Source: Bugula neritina (lineage: Eukaryota; Animalia; Bryozoa). Taken from it: a DNA stretch of 64,000 nucleotides. The notes beneath the pieces were generated by a model, which searched no databases, was not told the DNA's origin, and saw nothing but the letters and a program-made list of their open reading frames with translations. The translations under genes were made by a program, and so were the position numbers. Below, piece by piece: positions 61,724 to 64,000 of the stretch. The stretch covers positions 5,674,741 to 5,738,740 of the forward strand of contig OZ037768.1 of assembly GCA_964035545.1 (NCBI GenBank), read 5' to 3'. Positions within the stretch are counted from its first letter, which is position 1; each line of letters starts with the position of its first letter.

Positions 61724-64000
61724 ATGGCTCACATAACTGCGAAAAAACATCAAGCCAAGCTAGCTGATGAGCTTTGTAAGAAAACACACTGTAAGTTCAT
61801 TTGGTTAAAAGTAATACATTTAATATGACTATTATTTGAAATAAACTTATTGCTATTAGTAAAAGTAAGCGTCGTATAACTCTAACTGGAACTTTAACTA
61901 TTACTATAGCCATAGAGCATAGGCGTTCACTGTAATTGTTATATTGATAGTCTGCTTTAATTACAGTACACTTAAATTTATAATAAATTAACAAAGTTTT
62001 ATTAAATGTCACATTTGCAGCCGTAATATTGCTCGTAATAATTGACCCAATCACCTGAAATTTAAATAGTAGATATTTTATAATAGGCCTATTTGTTTTT
62101 AGAATTGATTCTGTCCTTTACAATCTTATTTTTTATTAACTCTAAACCTTTGCAATCTGTTTTTACATTATTGTTTTACAAAAAACTAGTTTTGTATAAC
62201 CACTAAAGTGTTTAAAAAACTAGAAACAATCTACAAATGTTTTACTTGATGCAACATAACAATAACATGGAGATGCAAAATGAAGCTGTGCATAGTATAA
62301 TAAATATATTTTTTGTGTAGAACTATATACTGTAGCTTTACCATGTATTAGAGTGAGATTCTAAACATTTAATAAATATTCATTACCAAGTTCTGTACAA
62401 TTTAGTAATATTAAGTTTTTGTGATCTATAAGATTGTACAAGTTTATATATTAAACTAGCAGGTTGTAACTATTTGTTGTTAAAATGATGCACTTATTTT
62501 TAGTTACAAAGCCTGAAGTTGAATCTCTACTGAGGATGTTTAAAAAATATGTTCCCAACAGTGCCAACTTGGGTCACACACATCACAGTTCACGAATGGA
62601 CAGAACAAAGTTTAGAGATGTATTGCACAACAGTTTTGACATGACTGATGACATGCTTATGGATCGGAGTGAGTTACTGCAATTAATAATAAAATATGCA
62701 TTTATGTTCAGAATTTTAAATTCAATGTTGATGGTAATTCCAACACAAACAGCTATGTTTTTTAGAGCAAAGTATCTTTTACTTTTTTAACTTCTTCAAA
62801 TTATGAATGGAAGTTTGCGTTTTAATTATGTATAACAGTGTTTTTGTTAAAATTTCTCAAATAACATTAAAATTTTATGCTAATATAAAAAGTGCTTCTC
62901 CTTCTATTTTAAACTTTTTAGTGTAAAAGATTATACGCATTACTAAAAAGAATTTTATAACTATAGTGTAGAATGTCATTATTTACAATGGTTGTCTCAA
63001 AAAAAATGTTTTACATTACATGCATTTTGTATGACTTTGCTTTAGTTGAGTTAACTCTGTATCAACTAAATCATTTGATTTTACACTTTGTTGTATTTAT
63101 TTTAGTATACAGAGCATTTGATACTGATAGTGATGGGTTTGTAAACATGGAAGAGTGGGTACACGGGCTTTCTGTCTTCCTCCGTGGAACTCTTGACCAA
63201 CAAACACAATGTAAGCACCAAATCTATTGAAAATAGCTGCTTGGGTTTTTATTAAAAAAAATTTAGTATAAAATTGAAACTTCAGTATAATAAATTGTTG
63301 ACAAACTATATAAGAGTACAAGTCTTTCTGCTGCATGGCAAGAGCGCCTTTAACATGTGATTATTACATATATAACGCTTTAGCCATCGGATAATTTAAG
63401 TTTGAAATGAAACATCAATGGAGTTCTTGCTCTATGTCTTTTGTAACAATTTGTTAAGAATGATAAGAATTTTCTCATGTCACAATATAGAAATTTTTCT
63501 TAATATTCATTTAATTGTAGTTTGCTTTACCGTATTTGACCTAAATCAAGATGCATTTATTTCAAGAGATGAAATGTTTCAACTTTTGAAAAACTCTCTA
63601 ATAAAGGTTTGTTATTAGTCTTTATTTCTAATATGAATGCGTGCTTGTTTAAAAGTTGACTCAATATTTACTTTTTGGCATTATGTAACCCATACTTGCA
63701 CAAAGTTTGATGTATATATGTAAACTATTGTAGTCAATATAGCAAATATACAACATGGGTTGTTAAGTTATTGTGGATGCCCATCAAACACATTTTATTC
63801 TCTGTCATAGAACTATAACACAGCTCTAATTGTTTAATTTAGATTGAGATCTTTAAATTCTGGAAATAATGTTACTTTGTACATTTAATTCTTAGCAACC
63901 AACAGAAGAGGATCCAGATGAAGGCATTAAAGATTTAGTGGAGATAACTCTAAAAAAGATGGTAATAATTTATACAGTGTATGCATTCAGCTCAAGCTGT
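61724..64000 (+). CDS. EFCAB1: Calaxin (EF-hand calcium-binding domain protein 1, outer-arm dynein docking subunit); 3' end beyond the window
   Basis: Spliced [32 protein letters not shown]...[104 protein letters not shown], closely matching EFCAB1/CLXN. Confidence 0.95.

Overview
AT-rich, intron-rich metazoan genomic DNA, probably from an invertebrate; the species cannot be determined from the sequence. From left to right it holds: the 5' part of an axonemal outer-arm dynein heavy chain gene (DNAH5/DNAH8-like, minus strand) with an intronic tRNA-Glu(CTC); a complete MARCHF6/TEB4 E3 ligase gene (plus strand); a 7.4-kb Ty3/gypsy LTR retrotransposon; three tandem MOXD1/DBH-like copper monooxygenase genes (minus); a COA1-like gene (minus); and calaxin/EFCAB1 (plus, running off the window). 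MARCHF6 introns contain a deleted pogo-like transposon, a nested same-strand intronless TSPO-like gene and a 72-unit minisatellite. The retrotransposon has apparently identical 305-bp LTRs. The main findings are: (1) the nested TSPO-like gene ends in the readthrough motif UGA-CUAG, followed by a 37-codon open extension; (2) the gypsy element carries an extra non-env ORF with zinc fingers and a coiled coil, a palindrome in its LTR, and a hidden -1 frameshift signal; (3) the minisatellite starts exactly at a MARCHF6 splice donor and repeats the GTAAGT donor about 65 times; (4) the MOXD1 cluster has homogenised DOMON exons but diverged catalytic exons, and one copy has a single TGA next to the CuM ligands. 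All calls come from reading and translating by eye; no searches were run.
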